64,000 nt of DNA from an uncultured bacterium. Its GTDB lineage: Bacteria > Electryoneota > AABM5-125-24 > Hatepunaeales > Hatepunaeaceae. The position numbers were made by a program, and so were the translations under genes. The stretch spans positions 11,206-75,205 of the forward strand of contig CAZVKN010000002.1 of the NCBI GenBank assembly GCA_964627035.1. The letters are read 5' to 3'. The first letter of the stretch is position 1. Every line of letters starts with the position of its first letter. Below, piece after piece: positions 26,618 to 37,559 of this stretch. A model generated the notes under the pieces. That model searched no databases. It was not told the origin of the DNA and saw only the letters and a list, made by a program, of their open reading frames with translations.

Positions 26618-28813
26618 TTAACGATCTTTCAGCGAAACGGTAAACAGGGAGCCATTACCGACTTCACTGGACACTCTTAACCGATACCCTAAAGCATGAC
26701 ACAACGCTTTAGCGGTTGTCAAGCCTAATCCTGCACCATCCGAATTTGCAGATTGTCCGCTGCCTCGATAGAACGGTGAGAATATTGACAACATCTCATC
26801 AGAGCTTATACCACACCCGTTGTCCTGTACTTCTACTCTGATCGGTGTTGATCCCGAGCCTCCGGTGACCACCCGAACCGTGACAGATCCCTGATCTGTG
26901 TAGGACAGAGCATTATCAATTAGTGGCAGCAACAGTTGAAACAGCTTGTCTCTGTCAGTTTCAATTGAATCAATATCATCCGGCAGCTCGACGTTCAGTG
27001 ACACACCTTTGCTGTTTGCTGCCCCTTGAGAATAATCCACCGCTTCTCTGATTAGATCAGTGAGTTGAACAGGTTTGATGTCCAGTTCTATCTCTCCAGA
27101 CTCGATCTCAATGATCTCTGCAATTTCCTTCAAAATGCCAATCGCTCTGCGGTCATTGGCTGACAAACGATTGAGAGCTTGTATATCGTGTCTTGCCAGA
27201 CGAAACAGACAATGTTTCCATAGAATATCACTGTCCGTTACGCTCGATTTTAAGGATGATTGCAGGATAGAAATCAGATCAGTGACCATCTTGAGGTTTG
27301 ATCGGTTGCTGTTAATTGCCGTATCCTTTTCCTTGACCACGCTGTCCATATCCTGTTTTTGCTCAGTAACATCTTCGGAAACAGTTAGCAGGTAGTCAGG
27401 TCCGTCATCATCCTTGATTAATATCTTGCTTGTCTTAAAGATGCGAGAACCTTTGTGCGGAGTTTCGATGATTTCATCCTCAACTTCTACAAGTTCTCCG
27501 GAATTTATAGCTTGCCGGTCAGTGGCTACCGAACACTCTGCTTCCTCCTCGCGGAACAATTGATAATCATTTCTCCCGATGACATCATCACGTTTCAATC
27601 CGAGCAGCTCTTCGCCTCGCTTGTTCAATTGAATATATGACAGATCTTCCACGTCCTTGACGGTTATCAAATAGGGAAATTTATCAACAACTGATTTGAA
27701 GAATCGCTGCGCTTGTTCCTGTTCGGCTGACCTGTATCGTGTCTCGGATATGTCACGAGCCACTGCTATCCGGCTGACAAGCTTCTTGTTTTCAAACTCA
27801 GCAGATTCTTTGACCTCAATCCAGATTGTTTTCCCATCTTTCCCGCTTAATTCGACCTCATATTCGGTGAATTTCTTTCTTGGCTTGTTGAGAAAAATTC
27901 GGTTATCGGTTCGATCTGTCAGGCAATCTCTATAGCTCGCTTTCCATTCATCTATCGAATATCCGGTTATAGTTTCGACTGAAGGTGAGACAAACAACAC
28001 TTCACCGTTGTCATCTCGCTTCATGATCACATCGGTCACGCTGCTCAGAATCCCCTGATACTCATCAACCTTCTTCACCAGCCGTCTGTTTGAGTTATTG
28101 AGGGCTTCATCCATCAGACGCTGTTCGGTCATCTCGCGAGCCACACAGACGATTCTCTCGACCTCGCCTTCTTCGTTTTTAACGGTTGAAGTTGACATCG
28201 AGACGTATATCTTTTTCTGATCCTTGTTGATGAATGTTGTTTCAATTCCATCAAGAGAATTATGCTGAGCAATTCCTGCGACGCCAAAGGCTTCATTGGC
28301 ATCCTCATCAAGCAACACTTCCAGATTCAGTCCGGTCAGCTCACTCTCCTTGTAGCCTAATGCGGCGGTAACCACCTCATTGATCGCAAGGATGGTGCCA
28401 GACTCATTGCAGATGACAACCATGTCGGTCAACGATTTCAGCATATTGTCATTATACCGCATTGACTGAGCGGATGCGGACAGAACGTCCATCACTCCGT
28501 TCAGACCGAGAGCGATTGCATCGAAAATGTAGTCCTGACCCCGCACTTCAACACGCTTGGAGAAATCCATGCTTGACATTGCCATCACAACATCGAGCAG
28601 TTCGATCATGCTCTCCTCAATTCTGAAGCGGTCATTCTTTTGGAGTGACAGGTTTTCAGAGAGGTGGCTCAGCTTTCGCTTGATGCGGCTGAACTTGCTC
28701 TCGTCATCAATCAGATCGCTTCTGACTTTCAGGTTATCAGCGGTCAGGCTGTCAATCATCTGACAGATTTCGTCGAAGTTGCTGCCGGGTTGGGTCGTAT
28801 CAAACTCGTCCAT
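26618..28813 (-). CDS. Multi-PAS sensor histidine kinase
   Basis: Several PAS repeats, a HisKA-like region and a C-terminal HATPase_c (GAGLGL). Confidence 0.75.
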   Translation of the reverse strand: MDEFDTTQPGSNFDEICQMIDSLTADNLKVRSDLIDDESKFSRIKRKLSHLSENLSLQKNDRFRIEESMIELLDVVMAMSSMDFSKRVEVRGQDYIFDAIALGLNGVMDVLSASAQSMRYNDNMLKSLTDMVVICNESGTILAINEVVTAALGYKESELTGLNLEVLLDEDANEAFGVAGIAQHNSLDGIETTFINKDQKKIYVSMSTSTVKNEEGEVERIVCVAREMTEQRLMDEALNNSNRRLVKKVDEYQGILSSVTDVIMKRDDNGEVLFVSPSVETITGYSIDEWKASYRDCLTDRTDNRIFLNKPRKKFTEYEVELSGKDGKTIWIEVKESAEFENKKLVSRIAVARDISETRYRSAEQEQAQRFFKSVVDKFPYLITVKDVEDLSYIQLNKRGEELLGLKRDDVIGRNDYQLFREEEAECSVATDRQAINSGELVEVEDEIIETPHKGSRIFKTSKILIKDDDGPDYLLTVSEDVTEQKQDMDSVVKEKDTAINSNRSNLKMVTDLISILQSSLKSSVTDSDILWKHCLFRLARHDIQALNRLSANDRRAIGILKEIAEIIEIESGEIELDIKPVQLTDLIREAVDYSQGAANSKGVSLNVELPDDIDSIETDRDKLFQLLLPLIDNALSYTDQGSVTVRVVTGGSGSTPIRVEVQDNGCGISSDEMLSIFSPFYRGSGQSANSDGAGLGLTTAKALCHALGYRLRVSSEVGNGSLFTVSLKDR

Positions 28814-28849
28814 TTGAGATGTCCTGTGACATTAAATTGTATTTAACAA

Positions 28850-28960
28850 GTGATAAAGTAAGAAAGTGGGAAAGGAAGCAGGGAAGAATTTGATCAATGC
28901 TTCATCTTTCTTGTTTTTTACCTTCTCACCTTCTCACTTTCTTACTTACTTACTTACTTT
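28850..28960. repeat. Inverted-repeat element (AAAGTAAGAAAGTGGGAAAGGAAG ... CTTCTCACCTTCTCACTTTCTTACTTACTTACTT)
   Basis: Same GTAAGAAAGTGAGAAAG family as 677-754 and 49130-49160. Sits between two minus-strand kinase genes. Confidence 0.6.
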
Positions 28961-28991
28961 ATCAATGTTCGGATGCAATGATCGGTGCAGA

Positions 28992-31900
28992 TCAAATTTG
29001 TTTTCGATCCAATCCTCTTATTACGCTCCTTAACTTCCTTTTAAGGTCGTCATTAAAACAATCATCTTTTGAGAGAACAGCAGAAGTCTGTTCTTTCAGC
29101 CTCAGCATTTCGTCAGTTGTTAAATCTTTGGATGTGACCACCACGACGGGGATGTGCTGGAATTGCTTCTCGTCGTTTCGGATCGTTTTCAGAAAGCTCA
29201 TTCCGTCCATCACCGGCATCATCAGATCCAGAATTATTAAATCGGGAATCTGCTTATACATCGCATCCAGTGCGATCTTACCGTTCAGAGCGGTTGTGAT
29301 TTGCATCTTCTCATCTTCGAGACAAGAGATGATTATCTCCTGTGCATCCGGATCATCATCTATGATCAGCAGTTTATTACGATCACCAGTTAGATTCCGC
29401 CGAAGCACATTTAACAGCTCTTCACGCTGTATCGGTTTGTTCAGAAAATCCACCGCACCGAGAATCATACCACGTTTTTCGGTGGCTACGATACTGACAA
29501 CCACAATAGGTATATGCCGAAGTGTTGGATCAGCCTTTAGTGATTTCAAAGTTTCCCAGCCGCTCACTTCCGGCATTAATAGGTCGAGAGTAATCAGATC
29601 CGGCTTATGTTCTCTGGCGATCTTTAAGCCATGTTTGCCGGACTGCGCCGTTAACGCTTTGCATCCGAATTCTTCAACATAGTGCTTCAATAAGAATCTT
29701 GAATCCGGCTCGTCATCAATGATCAGAATCAAATGATCGGCAGATTGCATTTCACCTCCGACTACCTTTTCTGTGGATTCAAGTTTCAGGACGTGCTCTT
29801 CACCCTCATCCAACTCACTTATTTCGGCATCGTTCAAGTCAAGCACTATGGAAAATGTGGTGCCCTTATTGAATTCGCTGCTGACTTTCAGTCTGTATCC
29901 CATCAATTTGCACAAGGACTTTGATATCGCCAATCCTAAGCCGGTTCCGCCATACTTTCGCGATGTACTGGTGTCAGCCTGCTGAAACGGTGCAAAAATC
30001 GCTTCCATCCGATCCGGGGCGATACCGATACCTGTGTCGGATACCTCTATCCTCATTAATTGACCGTCTGTCGGATCAGTTATCAGTTTGACGGTTATGC
30101 CGCCTTCTTCCGTGAATTTGATTGCATTCCCGATCAGGTTTATCAGCACCTGTTTCAGTTTAGCTTCATCTGTCCCGACAGGCTGAATATTATCCGGCAT
30201 TTTTAGCTTCAGATAGATGTCTTTCGACCTCACCATCTGCTCAAATTGGGGGATGATTCCCTCAAACAATTGATCGGGCTCAATTGTTCCGATTTCCAGC
30301 TCCATCCTGCCGGCTTCAATCTTCGAGATGTCAAGCAGATCGTTGATCAGCTCAAGCAGATGCGTGCCGTTAACAGCTATTCGGTCAAGATAAGTTAAAT
30401 CTTGCTCTCGCAGGTTCTCCGCCTTGTTTTTGAGCAATATATTTGCAAATCCGATCACTGAATTGAGCGGCGTTCTAAGTTCATGACTCATTCGTGCCAG
30501 AAAGTCACTCTTGGCTCGGTTAGCTGCTTCAGCTTCTTCTTTTGCCAGTTCCAACAGATGTTCGGCAACCTTTCGTTCGGTGATGTCGCGCATGACTCCC
30601 TGTACACCGCACGGACGACCGTTCTCATCGAGAAGCATCTTTGCATTTAGTGACGCATCAACGACCGTGCCGTCCTTAAACTCCATAAGAAGCTCATAAT
30701 CTTTGACAACGTGATCCTTAAGCAGCTTGCGCATTAGAACATTTCGGTCGGCAGGGTTGTGATAGAAATCGGTCACCGGACACCCAAGCACCTCTTCCGG
30801 CTCATAGCCGCATACTCGCACCGAAGGGCTGATAATGGTCAGGTAACCTTTCAGATCTGTCTGGTAATAAAGATCCTGAAATGACTCGAAAATGGTTCTA
30901 TATCTCTCCTCATTTTCCTTCAGCGCTTTCTCGGTTCGGTTACGCGCTGTCATGTCTCTGAAAATACCACGCGTTGAAATCGGCTCACCATCTTCAAATC
31001 GGCAGTTAACGCTGCCCTCAACCTCAACAACTTGTCCATTCTTTGTCACAAATTTCGCTTCCAGACGCCTGGTAGCACCCCCGCTAAGGATTTCACCGAA
31101 CGCTTGTCGGCAATGTTCTAAACAAGATCCGTGCAAAATCGAGAATATGGAATTACCGATGACTTCGTTTTCTTCATATCCCAGTGTTTTTAACCAGGTA
31201 CTGTTCACATACTGAATCTCACCGTCGGCTGCAACCGCCTGGATCAAATCACTCGCATTGTCAAAAAAGTCCCTTAACATCTCCTCGCTGTCCCGCAGAG
31301 CGTCCTCAGTTGTTTTCTGTTGGGTGATGTCCCGAAAGACAATCACACTGCCGGTAAAATCGCCTTGTTGCATTGGTGTCACAGTACAGAAGATGCTTAT
31401 CGGTGTGCCGTCTTTGCGAATGAACAGGTCGTTTTTGCTGTAAGTAAATGATCCGGATGCTTTCTGTCCGGAATAAAACCACACGTTGTCATACAGCTCT
31501 TTTCCAATTAACTCATTTTTGTCATAGCCTAACAATTTTTCAGCAGTTGGGTTCATAAAAGTCACATATCCGTCATGATCCAATACACAGATTCCTTCGC
31601 CCATTGAATCGGTAATATTCTGCAGGTAGTTTCGCGTCCGTTCAATCTCTTCCTGGAAGCTTCTCATGTTCATCACCGAGTTCCAGTTCTTCAGCAATGA
31701 ATCTACGAGTGAATAAAACTCTTCCTCGTCCAGCGGTTTTTTAACGTAGTAAATATCCTGCTGAAGACTTTTGCGTATCTCGGTTGAGGCGACATCCTGA
31801 TAAGCCGTTACGATGATAATGATGACTTCCGGATCAATTTTGCGCAGTGCGGATGCAGTCTTTAATCCGTCCATGATCGGCATCCGAAGATCAAGGATGC

Positions 31901-32306
31901 AGAGAGGTACTTTGCTGCCGTTATCATAGAATTCGCAGAATTGCTCAAGCAGGTATTTGCCGTCATCAAAGGTATGGATTTCATAATCAAAAGGATCGGA
32001 AGCTTCAGCGGCGAAACCGAGATCGTCCTTACGCTCAAAGATTATCCGGTAATATTCGCGCAGGCTTTGATCGTCATCCGCTATGAAGATAGTTTTATTC
32101 AACCCATTCCTCAAGGTGTCGTAAAAGGAGCGTTTGCCACCTATTGACAGTTGAATCAATGTGTGGTGAAGCGGAAAGCTTAGATTTTTTAGAGATGCGC
32201 ATGTTGAAAGATAATAAAATATAGTATCATATTGCAAGATATAGTTCTGATTTAGTAATTTTGTGATTGGGTGATTGAGTTCCTTCTTCCTTTCCAAACT
32301 CGTCAA
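28992..32306 (-). CDS. Hybrid sensor histidine kinase (REC-PASx3-HisKA-HATPase-REC-REC)
   Basis: N-terminal REC. PAS repeats. H-box LARMSHELRTPLNSVIGF. GTGLGLAISK. Two C-terminal receivers (LILIIDDEPD; LLIIDDDPD). Confidence 0.85.
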   Translation of the reverse strand: MTSLERKKELNHPITKLLNQNYILQYDTIFYYLSTCASLKNLSFPLHHTLIQLSIGGKRSFYDTLRNGLNKTIFIADDDQSLREYYRIIFERKDDLGFAAEASDPFDYEIHTFDDGKYLLEQFCEFYDNGSKVPLCILDLRMPIMDGLKTASALRKIDPEVIIIIVTAYQDVASTEIRKSLQQDIYYVKKPLDEEEFYSLVDSLLKNWNSVMNMRSFQEEIERTRNYLQNITDSMGEGICVLDHDGYVTFMNPTAEKLLGYDKNELIGKELYDNVWFYSGQKASGSFTYSKNDLFIRKDGTPISIFCTVTPMQQGDFTGSVIVFRDITQQKTTEDALRDSEEMLRDFFDNASDLIQAVAADGEIQYVNSTWLKTLGYEENEVIGNSIFSILHGSCLEHCRQAFGEILSGGATRRLEAKFVTKNGQVVEVEGSVNCRFEDGEPISTRGIFRDMTARNRTEKALKENEERYRTIFESFQDLYYQTDLKGYLTIISPSVRVCGYEPEEVLGCPVTDFYHNPADRNVLMRKLLKDHVVKDYELLMEFKDGTVVDASLNAKMLLDENGRPCGVQGVMRDITERKVAEHLLELAKEEAEAANRAKSDFLARMSHELRTPLNSVIGFANILLKNKAENLREQDLTYLDRIAVNGTHLLELINDLLDISKIEAGRMELEIGTIEPDQLFEGIIPQFEQMVRSKDIYLKLKMPDNIQPVGTDEAKLKQVLINLIGNAIKFTEEGGITVKLITDPTDGQLMRIEVSDTGIGIAPDRMEAIFAPFQQADTSTSRKYGGTGLGLAISKSLCKLMGYRLKVSSEFNKGTTFSIVLDLNDAEISELDEGEEHVLKLESTEKVVGGEMQSADHLILIIDDEPDSRFLLKHYVEEFGCKALTAQSGKHGLKIAREHKPDLITLDLLMPEVSGWETLKSLKADPTLRHIPIVVVSIVATEKRGMILGAVDFLNKPIQREELLNVLRRNLTGDRNKLLIIDDDPDAQEIIISCLEDEKMQITTALNGKIALDAMYKQIPDLIILDLMMPVMDGMSFLKTIRNDEKQFQHIPVVVVTSKDLTTDEMLRLKEQTSAVLSKDDCFNDDLKRKLRSVIRGLDRKQI

Positions 32307-32420
32307 CTTGCAAACTTAAATCGTGCTTTGGCGTGTGACGCAGTTCATTTGGTAGTGATTTATCCAATAGTTAAATTATCAAGTTGGTTGTTGCGCACAC
32401 TCTATTCTAACGGGGCAGTC

Positions 32421-35400
32421 ATGAAAGCTATCGAAAAAGCAATATCATTCGTACCGATACCTCTTCTCAAATGGATCGAACAAGGCAAAGAGGAGATGCG
32501 ATTTGATTCTGTAGTTGCATTTGCCGACGTTTCCGGTTTTACCGCCATGTCGCAAACCCTCTCCGAAATCGGCAAAGAGGGTGCCGAAATCCTTACCACC
32601 ATCCTAAACAGCTACTTCAGCAGCATGATCGCCCGCATTGAGCAAGGTGGTGGGTTCGTCGGAAAGTTCGGCGGGGATGCTATCACAATTTTCTTCCCGA
32701 CTGATGACAAAAACAGGTCGAAAGTCACACGCACAGCAGTTCAAACTTGTTTGGATCTTCAGGCGATGATGCCGCAATTCAGAGACATCGAGACCAAAGC
32801 CGGTAAATTTAGTCTTAATATGAAGATCGGTATCGCAAACGGAAAAGTGCTGTTCCGAGTTGTCGGTGACGATGAAAACGGAAAGGAGTTTCTGCTGGCA
32901 GGCTTGCCGCTTGACCATGCCGCTGATGCGGAACATCTGGGAGAAGCAGGTGAAGTGATTTTATCAGGAGATGTTGTCAAGCTATGCGGGAAACCGAGTC
33001 AGATCGGCACTCAGCTTGAGGATGGCTTCATCCGACTGGAAAAGGATATCGAGAGTGGCTCGACAGATGCCAAGCCAAAAATCACAGCATCTCACCTACA
33101 AGATCTATCGGATGTTCAAGTCGAACGCTACATTGAACTCGCCAAACCGTTCATAGACCGTTCCATCTACCGTAGATTGTCACTCGGTCTCGATTCGGTC
33201 GGTGAGATTCGCCGCGTGTCGGTAATCTTCCTGTCATATACCGGACTCGACTACGACGGTGACAACGAAGCCGGTGAAAAACTCGACTATCTCTACCGAT
33301 GGGTCAACGAGGTTGCCCTCAGATACAACGGCAGCATAAACAAGGTTGACATGGGTGACAAAGGCTCAAAAATCATCATCACCTTTGGAGCACCGACGGC
33401 GCATGAGTTTGACGTGCAACATGCAGTTTATTGCGGGCTTGAACTGACGGCAAGCAACGCACAACTTATGGAATGGGGTGTAAAGAAGAAGATGGGCATC
33501 GCCACCGGAACAGTCTTCGCCGGTGAGGTCGGATCGGCAATCAGGCAGGAATACACGGTGATGGGTCCAACCGTTAACCTGTCCGCACGCATGATGGGGC
33601 ATTCGTCGCACGGTCAGCTTTTGGTTGATGACCCGACTCAGAAAATTTCGGAGTTATCTTTTCACTTCTCATATCCTTCCGAAGTACAGTTCAAAGGATT
33701 GAGCGAAAAAACAGCGGTTTATGAGACACTGGGAGTGCAGACAACCGATGACAGTACAGTACAAAGCGATGTCGAGCCTTTGATCGGTAGAGCAACTGAA
33801 CTGAAGCAGATTAAAAAGGCAATCGAGGATGTTAAGAAAGGGTCTCTACAAACTCTGTTGCTGCGGGGTGATGCGGGCATAGGTAAAAGTCGTCTTGCCG
33901 GTGAAATTGTCCGATTGTCACGGACTGAACAGTTTCAGATAGCAGCGGGTGAAGCGTTAAGTTTCGGCACATATACGCCTTACCTGCCGTGGATCTCGAT
34001 TCTGCGCCGATTGATGGATCTGCCCGCAGTCGGTGGTGGTCAGTCGGCACTGACGAAAATCAGAGAGATTCTGACAAGCATTAATCCTGACCTCGGATAC
34101 AGGCTGCCGATAATTGCTCATTTGCTGGGGATTAAATGCCCTGACAACAACATAACACGTCATTTTGACGGGCAGCTACGACAGGAGAATCTGTTTGACT
34201 TCTTGCTGATGTATCTTCAGCAACTGATGGAAGAACAACCGTTGATGCTGCTGTTTGAGGATTCACAGTGGATTGACCAAAGTTCTCTTGAACTGTTGGT
34301 TTATCTGAAGCGCAATCTGCGTGAAAGTCCATTGTTAATAGTTATGGCTCAACGTCCACAAACTGCTGAAGAGTCACCTCACTTCAATGTCATTACCGGA
34401 AAAGGGGCGGTAACAACTTTTGACCTAAAAGAGTTTACCAAGGATGAAACCGAGCAATTTCTGCTCCAAAAACTGGTGGCTGACTCTATTGACCCCAAAC
34501 TACTCGATTTTATGTTTGATTATGGTCACGGCAATCCATCCTTTACTACTGAGCTGATAAACACTTTGCAGGCTTCCAATCAATTGAAGCATATCCCGTC
34601 CAAGTCAGGATTGCAGGTGGTTGCTGATGAAGATCTCTCCGATATTGACATCCCTGATTCGCTCAACGGTATCATAATGAGTCAATTGGATCGTCTCGAT
34701 GCCCAGACAGGACTGACAGTGAAGCTGGCTGCCGTCATTGGACGTCAGTTTTCGCAGGAGATGGTAAACGAGTCATATCCGGTTGAAGCTGACAGCGGGA
34801 TGATCAATGCAGCACTGGATGATCTTAAGCAGCAAGAGCTTATCATGCCGGGGGATGAAGCGGATCTGTATGACTATATCTTCAAGAATCTTGTGACACG
34901 TGATGTTGCTTATGACAGCCTGCTGTTTGCTCACAGGCGGGAATACCATCGCCGGGTAGGTCTCTGTCTTGAAACACTTCACTTTTCAAACTTGCAGGAA
35001 TGGAGTGAAACTTTGGCGCACCACTTCTACCACTCTGAAGATAGCGACCGGGCAACTCAATATCTTGGATCGTCCGGTGACAAGTCTTTTTACATCTTCG
35101 CAAACGACAGTGCCGAAACATATTACACGCAGGCAATTGACAGGTGTCCAAAACGGAAAGATCCCGAACGGCGGTATGTGCTGTACTCAATGAGGGCAAA
35201 GGTTTTCGCAGTAACAGGAAAACTGGATCTTCAGAAGGATGACCTTGAGAAAGCTCTGAAGCTTGCTAAATCATGCAAAAACAGTGAATGGCAGATTGAT
35301 ACACTCGATGAGATGATCTTCCGCTACTCCCGCATCAATGATCTTGATCAGATGAAGAAAACCATTGACAGCGCGAGGCGGGTGCTGAAGAAAGTGAAAT

Positions 35401-36521
35401 ATCCTATCGGAAGCATCCGAATCACCAGCAAGCTGGGCAGATGGCATTTCCTGAATAATAAGCATCAAAAGGCTTTGGAACAGTGGGAAATCTGTGAGAT
35501 TGAGGCGAAGAAACATAAGGATGAAGCAGGGCTTTCGGCTGCACTGACAAATATCGGTCTGGCGTATCGAACGATGGGTGATGTGGACAATGCCGTGAAC
35601 TTCTACAACCAATCGCTCAGGGTGGATCGGAAGTCGGGCAATAAAAAATCCGAAGCGGTCACGATGGGCAATATCGGTGCACTGTATCACCGTCAGGGTG
35701 ATCCTGAGAAGGCTCTCGCAGCACTACTGCAGGCATACGAACTGGGACGTCAGATTGGCTCTAAGGAGATTCAGCGATTGAATCTTGGGAATATCGCTAC
35801 ACTGTATCTCCGCAAGGGGGAGCGTGAGAAGTCTCTCGATATGCAAAATGAGAAGCTGTCGGTCGAGAAGATGATGGACAACCGTCGTGGTCAGGTTTAC
35901 ACGCTCAGCAACATCGGAATCTGGTACGCCTTTGAGGGTGATAATGACAAGGCACTCGACTATTACAGGCAGTCATTGGATCTGATCCACGAGACCGGAC
36001 TGAAACAGGAAGAGCCGCGACTGACGCTGAATATCGGTCAGGTTCAACACCTTATGGGGAGGCTAATAAAAGCACGCTCAACTTTGGAAAAAGCAGTTGA
36101 GCTGGCTATTGAGAACGACCACAAATTTGCAGAAGACTTCGCCCGACGTTATCTTGGATTCGTGCTTCTCGACCTCGACGAGCTTAAACCGGCTGAGCAG
36201 GAGTTCGCAAAGTCAAAAGAGATAGCGGAAACACTGAAGGACAAAGCCGGTGTCGCTGCAGCCAAAATCGGACTCGGTGCAATAGAGTTAATTAGAACCG
36301 GCAGCAGAACACAGATTGATGCGGGAATAAAGGAGGCTAAGGAAGCGCGTGATGCAGAGACCGCCATTCAGGGAATGATCCTGTTGGCGAAGATTGTGAA
36401 GAAGTATGAACCTTTAAGAATATTAAAGGATGCCAGAGAGATTGCTGTGCAGCACGAACGGAAATGCGACCTGAACCGGATTGATCCTCTGATTGAATCC
36501 ATTGAATCGGATGAGATCTGA
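32421..36521 (+). CDS. Class III adenylate/guanylate cyclase (two CHD domains) - STAND/NB-ARC-like NTPase - TPR repeat protein
   Basis: CHD1 VAFADVSGFTAMSQ...GKFGGDAITIFFP. CHD2 SVIFLSYTGLDYDGD...GDKGSKIIITFGAPT. P-loop LLLRGDAGIGKSRLAG. Many TPR-like repeats (NIGLAYRTMGD, MGNIGALYHRQGD...). Start moved to ATG 32421. Confidence 0.8.
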   Translation: MKAIEKAISFVPIPLLKWIEQGKEEMRFDSVVAFADVSGFTAMSQTLSEIGKEGAEILTTILNSYFSSMIARIEQGGGFVGKFGGDAITIFFPTDDKNRSKVTRTAVQTCLDLQAMMPQFRDIETKAGKFSLNMKIGIANGKVLFRVVGDDENGKEFLLAGLPLDHAADAEHLGEAGEVILSGDVVKLCGKPSQIGTQLEDGFIRLEKDIESGSTDAKPKITASHLQDLSDVQVERYIELAKPFIDRSIYRRLSLGLDSVGEIRRVSVIFLSYTGLDYDGDNEAGEKLDYLYRWVNEVALRYNGSINKVDMGDKGSKIIITFGAPTAHEFDVQHAVYCGLELTASNAQLMEWGVKKKMGIATGTVFAGEVGSAIRQEYTVMGPTVNLSARMMGHSSHGQLLVDDPTQKISELSFHFSYPSEVQFKGLSEKTAVYETLGVQTTDDSTVQSDVEPLIGRATELKQIKKAIEDVKKGSLQTLLLRGDAGIGKSRLAGEIVRLSRTEQFQIAAGEALSFGTYTPYLPWISILRRLMDLPAVGGGQSALTKIREILTSINPDLGYRLPIIAHLLGIKCPDNNITRHFDGQLRQENLFDFLLMYLQQLMEEQPLMLLFEDSQWIDQSSLELLVYLKRNLRESPLLIVMAQRPQTAEESPHFNVITGKGAVTTFDLKEFTKDETEQFLLQKLVADSIDPKLLDFMFDYGHGNPSFTTELINTLQASNQLKHIPSKSGLQVVADEDLSDIDIPDSLNGIIMSQLDRLDAQTGLTVKLAAVIGRQFSQEMVNESYPVEADSGMINAALDDLKQQELIMPGDEADLYDYIFKNLVTRDVAYDSLLFAHRREYHRRVGLCLETLHFSNLQEWSETLAHHFYHSEDSDRATQYLGSSGDKSFYIFANDSAETYYTQAIDRCPKRKDPERRYVLYSMRAKVFAVTGKLDLQKDDLEKALKLAKSCKNSEWQIDTLDEMIFRYSRINDLDQMKKTIDSARRVLKKVKYPIGSIRITSKLGRWHFLNNKHQKALEQWEICEIEAKKHKDEAGLSAALTNIGLAYRTMGDVDNAVNFYNQSLRVDRKSGNKKSEAVTMGNIGALYHRQGDPEKALAALLQAYELGRQIGSKEIQRLNLGNIATLYLRKGEREKSLDMQNEKLSVEKMMDNRRGQVYTLSNIGIWYAFEGDNDKALDYYRQSLDLIHETGLKQEEPRLTLNIGQVQHLMGRLIKARSTLEKAVELAIENDHKFAEDFARRYLGFVLLDLDELKPAEQEFAKSKEIAETLKDKAGVAAAKIGLGAIELIRTGSRTQIDAGIKEAKEARDAETAIQGMILLAKIVKKYEPLRILKDAREIAVQHERKCDLNRIDPLIESIESDEI

Positions 36522-36676
36522 TGATTCAGCTTACTCCTGATTCATTTGTTATTGTGATGTTTGCATTTGGAGCAATTTATTCGTATTATAGCTTTTAGAT
36601 AGCAGTGCTGCCACAGTAACGACATCAGGGCGATCTTCCGGTGATAATTATCACATTAATGTGAAGAGGAGGAACT

Positions 36677-37534
36677 ATGCGTTTGGAAAAGCTCCTGTTA
36701 ATCTTTGTTCTCTTGTCCATTCCCGCTTGTTCAATTGCAGAACAAGAGATAAATGCACCACCTTATCATTGTCGCATCACTCTGACCGACGGTTCGGAGT
36801 TGCTCGGTGAGATAACCGACGATGACAGCAGCAAGGTCTATTTTAAGACTCTGTCAGGTCTTGATATGGAAATTCAGCGAAGTCAGATCGAAAAAATAAC
36901 ACCACTGAAGGGAGCAATAGTCGAAGGGAAATTCCGTCGGATTGATCCGAATCGGAGCAGACTATTGTTCTCTGCGACAGCGAGACCATTGGAAGCAGGA
37001 AAAGGGTACTTCGCAGTGTATGAGCTTTTTTTCGCTACACTGGCAATGGGAATCGGGGATGTCGTCTCATTAGCCGGAGGTATCACCCTCTTCCCCGGTC
37101 CATTTCAAGTTTATCACTTCTCCCCGAAAGTTACATTCTTGAACGCAGACAATATCTGTCTCGCTGCAGGTGTTATGCATATGGGGATAACGGGGTTTGA
37201 CGAAGGTGATGGGTTCGGAATACTGTATGGCGTCAGCACATTCGGATCCGAAACCGCCGGAGTGACAGTTGGGTTTGGCTGGGCATATTCAGGGGAAGAG
37301 GCAGTCAATAAACCCACAGTGATGGTTGGGGGTGAAGTGCAGCTTTCCAATAGTTTCAAGCTAATTTCAGAGAACTGGTTTCCGCCCGGTGCAGAGTCTG
37401 TTTTGAGCATGTTCGGTATGCGATTTTTTGGCGATAAATTAGCTGCAGATCTCGGATTTATATTTCTGACCGAGATGAATGAAGGGTGGCCCTTCTTCCC
37501 TTGGGTAGGATTTGTATATAACTTTGGTAGATAA
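36677..37534 (+). CDS. Hypothetical lipoprotein/secreted protein
   Basis: Signal peptide MRLEKLLLIFVLLSIPACS (lipobox-like). No known domain. Confidence 0.45.
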   Translation: MRLEKLLLIFVLLSIPACSIAEQEINAPPYHCRITLTDGSELLGEITDDDSSKVYFKTLSGLDMEIQRSQIEKITPLKGAIVEGKFRRIDPNRSRLLFSATARPLEAGKGYFAVYELFFATLAMGIGDVVSLAGGITLFPGPFQVYHFSPKVTFLNADNICLAAGVMHMGITGFDEGDGFGILYGVSTFGSETAGVTVGFGWAYSGEEAVNKPTVMVGGEVQLSNSFKLISENWFPPGAESVLSMFGMRFFGDKLAADLGFIFLTEMNEGWPFFPWVGFVYNFGR

Positions 37535-37559
37535 CACCACATCAAGAATAACGATTACT

